DNA of 64,000 nt from Sporopachydermia quercuum (lineage: Eukaryota): assembly GCA_001599295.1 (NCBI GenBank), contig BCGN01000007.1:136433-200432 (forward strand). The letters are read 5' to 3'. The position numbers and the translations under genes were made by a program. This document shows, piece after piece, positions 21,558 to 31,413 of the stretch (the first letter of the stretch is position 1; each line of letters opens with the position of its first letter). A model generated the notes under the pieces. The model worked only from the letters and a program-made list of their open reading frames with translations, was not told where the DNA came from and did not search any database.

Positions 21558-22784
21558 TTAATATTTCTTGGTAATCAATTCAGGATAGTTTTCACAGACG
21601 TAATCAATATCCTTATCACCTCTACCACTTAAGTTNATAAGAACCTTAGAACCCTTAAACTTATCAGCGTTGAAGATAGCATAGGCAACAGCATGCGATG
21701 ATTCTAAGGCAGGGATTATACCTTCATACTTACTCAACATAAAGAAAGCATCAACAGTCTCTTTATCAGTAGCACCAACGTTGGTTTCGGTACGACCAAC
21801 ATCTCTCCAGAAAGCATGCTCAGGTCCGATTGATGGATAATCTAAACCGGAAGCAATAGAGTGAACGGGAGCAGGTTCTCCGTTTTCATCCTTAAGCATA
21901 ACGGAATTGAAACCATGCATAATACCTTCGGAACCAACTGCTAAAGAAGCAGCATGATCACCAAGCTTCTCAATGCCTTTTCCTAATGGTTCAACACCGT
22001 AAAGCTTGACATTTTCATCATCAACGAAACCAGAAAAAATACCAGCAGCGTTAGAACCACCACCACAACAGGCAATAACATGATCAGGTAAAGAACCAGT
22101 AGCTTCCAAGAATTGTTCGCGAGCTTCAATTCCGACCACTGATTGGAAGTTTCTAACCATCTTTGGGAAAGGATGTGGTCCAACTGCTGAACCAATACAG
22201 TACATAGTTGAAACAGGATCCTTCATATACTCTTGGAAAGCTAAATCAACAGCTTCTTTCAAAGTCCTCAAACCAAAAGTAGCGGGAATGACTCTGGCAC
22301 CAAGAATTTCCATTCTCAAAACATTGGGGTGTTCCTTTGCCATATCAACTTCTCCCATATAAATATCACATTCAAGACCAAAGAATGCTGCAGCGGTTGC
22401 CAGTGCTACACCATGTTGTCCAGCGCCAGTTTCAGCAAGAATCTTCTTCTTACCGAGCTTTTTTGCTAACAATGCTTCAGCCATACAATGATTAAGCTTA
22501 TGAGCTCCCATGTGATTAAGATCCTCTCTTTTCAAGTAAAGATCAAATCCGAGCTTTTCACTCAATCTCTTGCAGTATGAGATCGGAGTTGGTCTGCCCT
22601 GGAAATTTTTACGGATATCCCTTAATTCTTTCAAATATTCAGGATCTTTCCATAATTTTTCGTACTCAGCAGCAATCAAATCCATCTCCTGTTGAATTTG
22701 AGGTGGAACAAATGATCCTCCATATTTACCAAAGTATCCCTTTTCATCGGGGTAGTTCTCCAAGTATGGCTTTTCGAAAGACAT
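21558..22784 (-). CDS. trpB: Stand-alone tryptophan synthase beta chain (TrpB, bacterial type), 408 aa
   Basis: First ATG at 22784 with an in-frame stop shortly upstream, so no alpha domain. Motifs [28 protein letters not shown] (PLP Lys), [44 protein letters not shown] and NLSGRGDKD. Confidence 0.95.
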   Translation of the reverse strand: MSFEKPYLENYPDEKGYFGKYGGSFVPPQIQQEMDLIAAEYEKLWKDPEYLKELRDIRKNFQGRPTPISYCKRLSEKLGFDLYLKREDLNHMGAHKLNHCMAEALLAKKLGKKKILAETGAGQHGVALATAAAFFGLECDIYMGEVDMAKEHPNVLRMEILGARVIPATFGLRTLKEAVDLAFQEYMKDPVSTMYCIGSAVGPHPFPKMVRNFQSVVGIEAREQFLEATGSLPDHVIACCGGGSNAAGIFSGFVDDENVKLYGVEPLGKGIEKLGDHAASLAVGSEGIMHGFNSVMLKDENGEPAPVHSIASGLDYPSIGPEHAFWRDVGRTETNVGATDKETVDAFFMLSKYEGIIPALESSHAVAYAIFNADKFKGSKVLXNLSGRGDKDIDYVCENYPELITKKY

Positions 22785-23535
22785 GGTTAAAATAAACAAT
22801 CTTATACGTTAGTGATAGTTGTTTGACGTAGAACTCAACAACTGAGATAGTTAATAAGTTTCACCTGTGCTCCAAGCTTTTGAATACAAGTCAATTTTTT
22901 GTATTCAATGAGCTAATGATTCTGTGGGGTTTTCAGGCTCCTTCGTGCTGCCATTTGTTTTTCTCTCTTTTCCTCTTTTCTTCTTGGACAATTCACTCAT
23001 ACCTCTCCCTCGGACGAGGCCAAACAATTCTCCACTTCACCCTGTTATCAGACGAAATCTAACTTTTACTGAATGAAGAAGGTTCAATTTTCGCTGTAGT
23101 CTTTCCATTTTGATGATAAGATTAGAATACTAAAATGCTAAACAGGGAGATAAGAGACATTTGCTGTCCTCCCTAGTAAGTTTAGTTTACATCTAACTTA
23201 AAGTTTTAATGAACTCTAAAACCAACTTTAACCTTAAAATGCTTTCTTTCGTTGCTATAAGGTTCTCGTTCATCAAAGAATTATTGATCACATAATATTC
23301 TCTAAATTACGATTACATCATCTCTTTGTATGCAATTGATGCTTTCCGAAACATATTACTTAGATGTTTTCTCTTCTTCTTCTGTCTACTGGTACAGAGA
23401 AAGTGCAATAAAAGGCTTGTGAATGGTACATCTAGTTTNTTATTTGATATTTTCACTGTCTGAATTACCTGATTTATGCTGAACAAAAAATTGACTCCGC
23501 TGGCTGAATTTTAACCAGGTTTAATCCATTCTAGA

Positions 23536-24783
23536 ATGGCCGAATCCAATAGACGCTCAACGTCAAGCCTTGTGGGGTCAACGCCGAGATCGTCATTGGA
23601 ACGGCATTCGGAACGGCGATCAGAGTCCGAGGAACCATTACCGAGATCTGCGCCCTCTCCAGTTTCTAATGATACGTTTTATGAAGCTACAATGAAACTA
23701 GTCAGTTCGGCTCTAGCTTCTGTTAAGTATATCCTGCCGAAACTCATCCGGGCTTACTTATACATAGCAATTGGCTTATCAACGTTCGGCATATTACTTT
23801 TTTGGGCTGTTATATCCTATTTGTATATATACAATCGGTATATTCCTACAAATGTGACATCTTATCCATTGGAATTTGATTATTGGTCTCCAGGAATGTT
23901 TGGAAGAAGTTGGAATGAAGGATCAGCCTTTGACCGACACAACGTGATCGGAGTTCAACCGGTCAGTAAAGAGCCCTTTTTCGGTTCCAAATCCCAAACA
24001 GGGAATCAAAAACCTAAGTGTGGTTTTATTACCACTTCTAACTTAATTTCTGACTCGGATGCGCAGCTCAATCCCGCTTTTCTCCATTTACCCTCTGCTT
24101 CAATTCCAATCACCTTGCCTCTGAACGTAGCATATGATGTGCATCTACAACTTGAAATCCCATGCGATCAAGCGGAAACTGTTGCAACAATTCAAGCAAC
24201 TTTTCCCGAATGCTCTTATCCTATTCGAAAACTTATTTTTATTAGCGACCAATGTGAAACCAAATTTAAGCTACTGAAAGCGTTCTTCTACTGGTTTTTA
24301 TATTTAATCCGAGACCGAGTGTCTCCGGGATACAGTGAAGTAAGGTTAATCCAAGGATGGAAAGTTCCTTCCGCATGTGCCAAATCAGGTAATTCCGCCA
24401 GTTTAGGTTCCGATCCAGCAGCCCCATCAGGATGTATAATTAAGTTTTTGCTCGATAGGGATATTAAACTACTCTCAGGATCCAGAGTGGTGTTCATTGC
24501 TAAACTGAAAAGCCTGAGGTATTTAATGTATTATTATAGAATTCCGTCTTTTATAATTGGCGTCTTTGGTTTCTTTGTTGTTGAGTTGCTTGTATGTGGG
24601 ATTGTTGTTACTGTCGTTGTTTTCAATGGCAAGGGAAATAGGAATAATGGTATTAGGGATAGGGAAGGCAGTAGTAATAGCAATGATAGTATCAAAGGTA
24701 ATAATGATAGGCATGGTGATGGTCATAATAGCAGTAATAATAATAGTAATAATGATAATAATAGTAACGACAATTATGGCTGA
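23536..24783 (+). CDS. Seipin (lipid-droplet biogenesis protein, Sei1/Fld1 family)
   Basis: Two hydrophobic segments flanking a lumenal domain; Y..YIP and YDVHLQLEIP after TM1; LRYLMYYYRIPSFIIGV before TM2; Asn-rich tail. Confidence 0.75.
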   Translation: MAESNRRSTSSLVGSTPRSSLERHSERRSESEEPLPRSAPSPVSNDTFYEATMKLVSSALASVKYILPKLIRAYLYIAIGLSTFGILLFWAVISYLYIYNRYIPTNVTSYPLEFDYWSPGMFGRSWNEGSAFDRHNVIGVQPVSKEPFFGSKSQTGNQKPKCGFITTSNLISDSDAQLNPAFLHLPSASIPITLPLNVAYDVHLQLEIPCDQAETVATIQATFPECSYPIRKLIFISDQCETKFKLLKAFFYWFLYLIRDRVSPGYSEVRLIQGWKVPSACAKSGNSASLGSDPAAPSGCIIKFLLDRDIKLLSGSRVVFIAKLKSLRYLMYYYRIPSFIIGVFGFFVVELLVCGIVVTVVVFNGKGNRNNGIRDREGSSNSNDSIKGNNDRHGDGHNSSNNNSNNDNNSNDNYG

Positions 24784-24894
24784 TGATGAAAATGAATTTG
24801 ATAGTGGAAATTTAAATTGAGCTCTAGAACCGTTTTTAGAGTGCGTTTAATTTAGTATTCTTCTTCATAGTTGCTGGTAGTTTATGTATGTGCA

Positions 24895-24924
24895 ATTGAT
24901 TGTAATTGATTGTAATTGATTGAT
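24895..24924 (+). repeat. Short tandem repeat (AATTGATTGT), about 3 copies
   Basis: aattgattgt aattgattgt aattgattga read directly. Confidence 0.7.
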
Positions 24925-25521
24925 GTATCTTCTAGCACTTCCAGAAGATGAGAAATGAATGATGGAAAGGATGACAATGTAAATAGTTGCAAATTGGGAT
25001 CTAAATATGGACGTAAACTTCTAGTACTACTGCACTAAATTCTACGGTAAGTGCATTATATTGAGTGAGCAAAAAAAAAGAGTGTTCTATATGCCCTCAC
25101 TGAATTCATTTGCAATGAATCGAATAAAAAACTATATAACGATTGGCAATTCGTGATTCAATACGAATATTACATTACCTAATTGTTCCTCCTATTGTTC
25201 TTACTGTTGTTAATTTAACTATGGATATTCATTCTCTGGTGTGAATGGTGCCAGCTCTTCTGTCGATCATTACAATGTTCTCATTACTTGATTATATTTG
25301 CTCATTTCACTCAAGTCATCCAATTAATTCAATTAATTCTGTTCTATTTGACAGAGCAGATGCTAATAGCAAAGTAGCAGATATAAAATAAGCATTTCCA
25401 AGTACTTGAACCATCGGCATGCCCGACAAATGTCGCTCTTCTATCATACTATTATTTTCAGGCAACAAATCTTCCCAAAACCTATTGCCAATATTTATCA
25501 TCAATCTTCAATGACCAAAGG

Positions 25522-28500
25522 TCAAGAAGGGAAAACTCTTCCTGGATACTCCGGAATCATTCTTGGTAAAAGAATATGATGCAAATAGCAATTACTCCTA
25601 TTTCCAGGATCCCCGGAATTTCCTGAATTGTTCTTACTACCGCAATTATGCTTCTCCTCGTTATTAATAAACTCTTCAAACTCACTGACGGTACATGTCC
25701 ATTCGGCTAGCGATCTAAGAAAATACACGTTCAGTTTGCTGTTCAATTCATTCGCAGTGTTTCTGTCTATTGTCGAGGTAATTTCCATTCCAGATGTGAA
25801 TGGCAGTCGTATGATTGACATACTATGGGTATCAGATAAATGAGATGCCGATTTACTATGGTGATGACTATGAGGAATGATGTTGCTATTATGGCACTGA
25901 TTAATAGACTGTCCANTGTGTTTCCTGATAGTATTATTACTAAACTCTTTGGTTGAATTGATAGGAGAAGAGTTGTTTTCACCTGTTGAGTCTCTAACCG
26001 GAAATCTCTTAGTCCTATCTTCATTAATAGCACTGAAATGTGACTCGCCATCAATATTGTCAAGAGGATAAACTAAAGGATCGAAAGCGTGTTTGGTGCT
26101 GAACGTAGTATTGATATCAAACCCATCGTCAAGTTGGTTCATTTCGTTGATTATTTCACTTAAGAGGTTATCTCCTTTAGAATATATTGAGTCGTTGATA
26201 GTATTAGTAGGAGTATCATTAGCATCAAGACCATAAGCATGTTTCAGAATAGCCCCATCAGAAATTACCCTCCTATTAAAACCAGGATTAATTCTGTTAC
26301 CAACACTACCATTACCCATACTATGATTACCATTATCAGCAATCAATGGTGGTCCAATATTATTCCTCTTATCATAGGAATTGATATCACGGTTAGAACC
26401 ATTATTTTTGGAGTTGATTTCAGTACTATCTCCAATACTATCAATTCTATCACATTTCAACAGATTAGCGATTTGTTTTTCTGCTTGGAATGCAAATCTC
26501 AAAGCTGGTCTGGGAACTTCAGGAATTCGTTGTTTCAGTTCAATTGGAATAATAGTTTTGCCGTCATGTCCATAATCATTAGTACTAGCACTATTTATGC
26601 TAACTGTAGATGTAGATGTATAAGTCAGCGAGCTAACGTTTGAATGACAACGAGCATTGCTTGAACTAGGACTATTAAATATTGAAGAGTTCCGACTAAG
26701 AAGAGCATTGTTATCAGTACAGGACATTGCACGACTGATTCTATTCAGTTTCAAGATACTTTTCCTATGGTCAGGTGTATTTCTGGAAACAAGAGGACTG
26801 TTACCAATATTCTCATAGGGACCAGCAGTAGAGCCACTGCTAGAAACACCGGAGAACCTGTCAGAGTTTGCTAATTCTAGAGCTAGTTCATCCGGGCTCT
26901 TATTACTATTATTANCAGGGTCAATGATGTTAAATCTATTGGTGGCTTTACTGGCATCAGTAGTATAGTGACTTGCAGCATCAAACCAAAGTTCATCTTC
27001 ATCTTCAGTAGCACTGTTAGTGTTACTATCAGTAGTGATGTTTCTATTGCTATTCCCATTGTAGTTTCCAGATTCTTCAGCTTTTATTGCATCAACACTT
27101 TTATCTCCTGCTTCCTTTTCAAGGTTCTTCTCATTATTAGCAAAAGGCTTGAATATGTTCAGCTTCTTACTAAACAATGAGCTGAACGATGACATTAACC
27201 CAGAGTTGAGCTTTTCATGACTGCCTCTATTACTCCGGATGCTTTTATTGCTGTTTCTCTCAAAAAGAAAGTTCCTTTCATTAATATGAACAGTCTCTTT
27301 ACTTTTGTCATTAATACCAATTGAATACACACCATCATACACTCCAGATAACTGATTGGCTTCAGTACTATGATTTGACTCTCCTAACTGCATATATATA
27401 TTATCATCAAAAACATCATAAAAGTATATTTTATGAGAAAACTGAATCATGTTTCCTTTCATTCGCCTTNTAGAAGATAAATCAATCTGATTACCATGTT
27501 CCTCATTCTCTGAAATAGTATAATTGAATTTTCGAGAGCCCAGTCCCATATTGGGTGCTTCCTTCATAATCAGGTACCCAATTGGCGTTGTGATTAAGGT
27601 TTGGCCGTTAAGGTTCATATTCCTATTTGAGATATGAGCTTCATTATTCACTAACTCAATTGTCTGACTCAACCTTATTTCAACTTCTCCTCGTATTCTT
27701 TCATTATATTTTGCGTATAATGGAGGAATGATCAATCGATGGCTTTTGTGACTAAACTCATGCAGATTCTCGGTTCCTATTCCACCACCTGTTGATGTGA
27801 TTTTCCAGCAAACAAGTCGCAAATAATAGGATCTAATTGTTGGTTGCCAGTGGCCGAAAAATCGGTTCCAATTGGTCGGAGAAAGTAACCATTGGGTGAA
27901 CTTAAACCTTCTTGCGTAAAAGTCAATTTCCCAATTAGGAACCAGTTGTTCTGTTCCGCTAATAATACTAATCAGAGCTTCTTCGGTTAATGGGATATAT
28001 TCCCATAGATTATATAGGAATGATAACACCTGGCATTCTAATTGAAAGCTCTCGGTACGTAAAACCATTTTACAGATTCTTTCCCAGAAATCCCAATCTA
28101 TGTTTAAGCTAGAAAGAGAGTTATTGATCACCGGAGTTCGGATATATGTGCCAAACTGGTTAGCCGCTCTTTTTCTACCGGGTAGGTCTAAGATGTCAAA
28201 TGCCAAACCATCGGATGCACCGAAGTTATCGTAAGAGTTGCCCATTGCATTTAATGTACTTTTTGATGTTTCCAAGCTTGCAGGCAGCATTAAATTAAGC
28301 AGCATTTCTTCGCTTACTTGCAGATACATAGAAGCTAGGTCAATATTCTGTACTGAAACTTGTTTACCGACTGCATGCAAAAGAATTTCAAACTGACGAG
28401 CACATGCTAGAGATAGCAATTGTGAGGACGGATGAAGGATAGAATTAAGGTTGGAGCCAATTGAGTTCAAATCTAGCCCGCAAGAAAAANCGCTATTTTC

Positions 28501-31413
28501 AGAATAGTTAGAATCATATTCTAAATAGGAAGAGTTCCGGATATTACTATTTCTGGTATCGATTTCCGCTTTCTCCCGAGCCAAACTGTTACCAGTTCTG
28601 TTACTCTGGTGATCGTGTCCGAATTCAGCCGCACAATACCCAGGTTTGACAACAGTAGCATCCGACCGTTCAGATCCATCAGGATTTCCGTTTCCATCCA
28701 CTACACTTCCACTAAAGGCTCTAAAATTAATAGTCTCTGGTTCAAATTGAGTAACAAACTCCGGTTTCAAGATCTCATAATTACTTCTGTATAGAATCTC
28801 TCTTATAGAAGCAAATAATTTATGCGACTTGATCTGATTCAATCGTTTATTCTGGTTAGAAACGTTTCTAGGAGTAAAATCCAACGATACGTTGAATTCA
28901 CTGAACTGTTGTGAATGGCCGAAGTTGCTATTATTGATGGTTTTACTGTCATTAAGTGTTGTGCTTGAGAAATTCTTACTAAGCCTGTTGTTATTGTAGT
29001 TATTGTTGTTGTTACTATTGTAGCTTTCAATAGGTCTTCTTGGCGATCCAGTAGAAGTAGAAGCAGTAGTAGTGTTATTACTATTAGAAGGAGGTATTCT
29101 AATATTTGATCCTGTCTTAAATCTCCTTAGCTTATTACTGTTGCTATTGGCATCACCAGCTCCATTTCCAATCGCCATTGGAGTTTCAGTATTGAAACAA
29201 CATAATCCATTCAACAGTTTGATCAAATGTGCCTGTATGACTAATAACCCAGGGGCTAATGTATGCAAGTTGAAAGGAATACCACTGTGCGCAATTTCCC
29301 AATTGCTGTACCTAGTATTGCCATTATCTCTGTTGAATACTTTAGAAATAATAGTATAATAGTGAGTTAAAAATGCATAGAAAATGTTGGAATTAGACTT
29401 TGTCCATAGTTCCTTCCATTGAGAATTTAATTCTAAAGCGGAAGTTGAACCAATATTAAAGTTTGAGTTCGTAGAACGAGATAGGGAATCACCGGGGAAA
29501 TTTGCCCCGTTTGAATTCGGTGTGTTCCTGTTTACAGTAGCGAAGAACGCAAAATGATGCTGCCAAGACCGGATAGATGGCGGAAGCAAAACGTTGTTCC
29601 GTTTCAAGGGTCGTTTCTTCCGAGCTTTACGTTTGTTCTCTTGATAATAAAGTATGGGAAATGCGGTGAAATATGCCACCTGGGAAGGAAACTGACATCT
29701 AACTTTCGGTATGAATTCTTTGGCATTTTCAATTGTCGGGTTGACTGGATTAAGGTTTGAGTTCTCGGGGAAGTTTCCTGTTTTGGAGTAAGGCTCTTTG
29801 ATTCCGTTGTTCCCGCTGTTATCATTGTTTCCGGATTCACTCTTTCTTCTTGCAATTAACTCAATCACATTGCCATCTTTTTCGTTCTTCCCACACCCAT
29901 TAAACGTCTCCTCAATCACCTTGTTAACCAGATCCCAGCTCACATTTAGCGAGTACAGTAAAACATGTGCCATCCCCGGAATATGGAAAAACCCATACGC
30001 AAACAGTTTCCCTGTAAATGCCGAAATTGATATCGGTATGGTTTTCCGTTCAAGCTTAGGGATAATATACTCAACTGTCCTTATCAACAGCTGCTCATAC
30101 TCTCTATATTCTGTTTCCGTATACTGGGCATATCTACTAGGTTCATAGGGCCAAGTGATATACCATTCATCGCGAGAGAGTATACAGGAGATTACTTCTA
30201 AGTATGCCGAACGGTCAGTGTTGGTCACAGCTTGAGGTTTGATAAGCAATTCAAGCATCAAGTTCCACCATTTGGTGAATATTGACAATTTCTTGGTAGA
30301 AAACAATAGGAACTCGTCAAAAGGTATCGCGGAGTTACCCCCATCGATGATGTCGATATATCCATTGTTGGCCCTTAGAAACGGTAGTAAATGCAGCCTT
30401 AAAATGTTGCTTCTTGACGCGTTTGATTTGCTGCTGAATTTATGCAATTCTGTGTCTATTCGTTTGATTTCTGATAGTATTTTACTTAAAGTGGGGTGTT
30501 TAATTTTAGTAGTTGTCCGGCTGCCATTGATATTGTTGTTGCTGCTACTGCGGATGCTGCGGCTTTTGTTGAATAGGCTTGTAGATGACTTAGATTTGGA
30601 TCTCAACAGCTTGTTCTGTTGAGTATTTCCACGATGGGGACTTTCCTGAGGCACCGAGGGTAAAGGTTTTCTCTGCGGATGATGTGCGGATGATGCTGAT
30701 GCCGATGAGAATGATGATGATGAGTGTGATGCTAGTGACGAAGCCAAGGTCTGTTTGAACNCTGATGAGCTCAGAGTTGATGGCTGAGGCTGCGATGGAG
30801 GTTTCGGAATTGAGTTTGTTGGAGAAGACGATGAGACCGAAGATACAGAAGAGGAGGTGGACGCGGATGTGGAACGGGAAGCTGATCTTGACCAGAAAGG
30901 AGCGTTCGGGGCGGGTAACCCGAGATTCCGAATACTACGTTTGCCCAGGGAAGAACTAGAAGACGACACCGAGCTTTGTCGTAACGAATCTCGGCTCAAG
31001 ACCGGTAAAGGTTTCGGAAGATTGGGGATATCATGTCTGGGTTTATTTGAAGTTCCGAGCTCGGTTGGTGGCTGAAAAGTCCCAAAGTCGAAATCGGGAG
31101 AAGAGGGATCGGAGGATACATCTGATCCGATGTCCAATGAGGCAATACCATATCCGAAAAAAGGCTTGTTGCTAGTTAGGGTTTGCGGATCGGAACGTGA
31201 GTTTGAGCTTGAGCTTAACTCTATTCTCAATTCAGATGATCTTGTGTTTGTCCCCGGTTCAAATTTGTACAGTGAATTTGTGTAACCGGAGTCCATTTCT
31301 TCCGATAATCCAATTTCTGGCTCGGATGTATAGATCGAATTCGGGTAATTTGGATGGGGAAATATCCTTTCAGGCGGGACAATCGGCTCGGAGGTTGGAA
31401 TATTCATTCCCAT
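25522..31413 (-). CDS. DUF1765-family protein (Ahk1/YDL073W-like), 1963 aa with large Asn/Ser-rich insertions
   Basis: Blocks RSNILRLHLLPFLR, KWWNLML, TDRSAYLEVIS.ILSR.EW, FTGKLFAYGFFHIPG, DWDFW, FFGHWQPTIRSYYLRLVCWKI and RSLAEW..V.EFE.F. Confidence 0.75.
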   Translation of the reverse strand: MGMNIPTSEPIVPPERIFPHPNYPNSIYTSEPEIGLSEEMDSGYTNSLYKFEPGTNTRSSELRIELSSSSNSRSDPQTLTSNKPFFGYGIASLDIGSDVSSDPSSPDFDFGTFQPPTELGTSNKPRHDIPNLPKPLPVLSRDSLRQSSVSSSSSSLGKRSIRNLGLPAPNAPFWSRSASRSTSASTSSSVSSVSSSSPTNSIPKPPSQPQPSTLSSSXFKQTLASSLASHSSSSFSSASASSAHHPQRKPLPSVPQESPHRGNTQQNKLLRSKSKSSTSLFNKSRSIRSSSNNNINGSRTTTKIKHPTLSKILSEIKRIDTELHKFSSKSNASRSNILRLHLLPFLRANNGYIDIIDGGNSAIPFDEFLLFSTKKLSIFTKWWNLMLELLIKPQAVTNTDRSAYLEVISCILSRDEWYITWPYEPSRYAQYTETEYREYEQLLIRTVEYIIPKLERKTIPISISAFTGKLFAYGFFHIPGMAHVLLYSLNVSWDLVNKVIEETFNGCGKNEKDGNVIELIARRKSESGNNDNSGNNGIKEPYSKTGNFPENSNLNPVNPTIENAKEFIPKVRCQFPSQVAYFTAFPILYYQENKRKARKKRPLKRNNVLLPPSIRSWQHHFAFFATVNRNTPNSNGANFPGDSLSRSTNSNFNIGSTSALELNSQWKELWTKSNSNIFYAFLTHYYTIISKVFNRDNGNTRYSNWEIAHSGIPFNLHTLAPGLLVIQAHLIKLLNGLCCFNTETPMAIGNGAGDANSNSNKLRRFKTGSNIRIPPSNSNNTTTASTSTGSPRRPIESYNSNNNNNYNNNRLSKNFSSTTLNDSKTINNSNFGHSQQFSEFNVSLDFTPRNVSNQNKRLNQIKSHKLFASIREILYRSNYEILKPEFVTQFEPETINFRAFSGSVVDGNGNPDGSERSDATVVKPGYCAAEFGHDHQSNRTGNSLAREKAEIDTRNSNIRNSSYLEYDSNYSENSXFSCGLDLNSIGSNLNSILHPSSQLLSLACARQFEILLHAVGKQVSVQNIDLASMYLQVSEEMLLNLMLPASLETSKSTLNAMGNSYDNFGASDGLAFDILDLPGRKRAANQFGTYIRTPVINNSLSSLNIDWDFWERICKMVLRTESFQLECQVLSFLYNLWEYIPLTEEALISIISGTEQLVPNWEIDFYARRFKFTQWLLSPTNWNRFFGHWQPTIRSYYLRLVCWKITSTGGGIGTENLHEFSHKSHRLIIPPLYAKYNERIRGEVEIRLSQTIELVNNEAHISNRNMNLNGQTLITTPIGYLIMKEAPNMGLGSRKFNYTISENEEHGNQIDLSSXRRMKGNMIQFSHKIYFYDVFDDNIYMQLGESNHSTEANQLSGVYDGVYSIGINDKSKETVHINERNFLFERNSNKSIRSNRGSHEKLNSGLMSSFSSLFSKKLNIFKPFANNEKNLEKEAGDKSVDAIKAEESGNYNGNSNRNITTDSNTNSATEDEDELWFDAASHYTTDASKATNRFNIIDPXNNSNKSPDELALELANSDRFSGVSSSGSTAGPYENIGNSPLVSRNTPDHRKSILKLNRISRAMSCTDNNALLSRNSSIFNSPSSSNARCHSNVSSLTYTSTSTVSINSASTNDYGHDGKTIIPIELKQRIPEVPRPALRFAFQAEKQIANLLKCDRIDSIGDSTEINSKNNGSNRDINSYDKRNNIGPPLIADNGNHSMGNGSVGNRINPGFNRRVISDGAILKHAYGLDANDTPTNTINDSIYSKGDNLLSEIINEMNQLDDGFDINTTFSTKHAFDPLVYPLDNIDGESHFSAINEDRTKRFPVRDSTGENNSSPINSTKEFSNNTIRKHXGQSINQCHNSNIIPHSHHHSKSASHLSDTHSMSIIRLPFTSGMEITSTIDRNTANELNSKLNVYFLRSLAEWTCTVSEFEEFINNEEKHNCGSKNNSGNSGDPGNRSNCYLHHILLPRMIPEYPGRVFPS

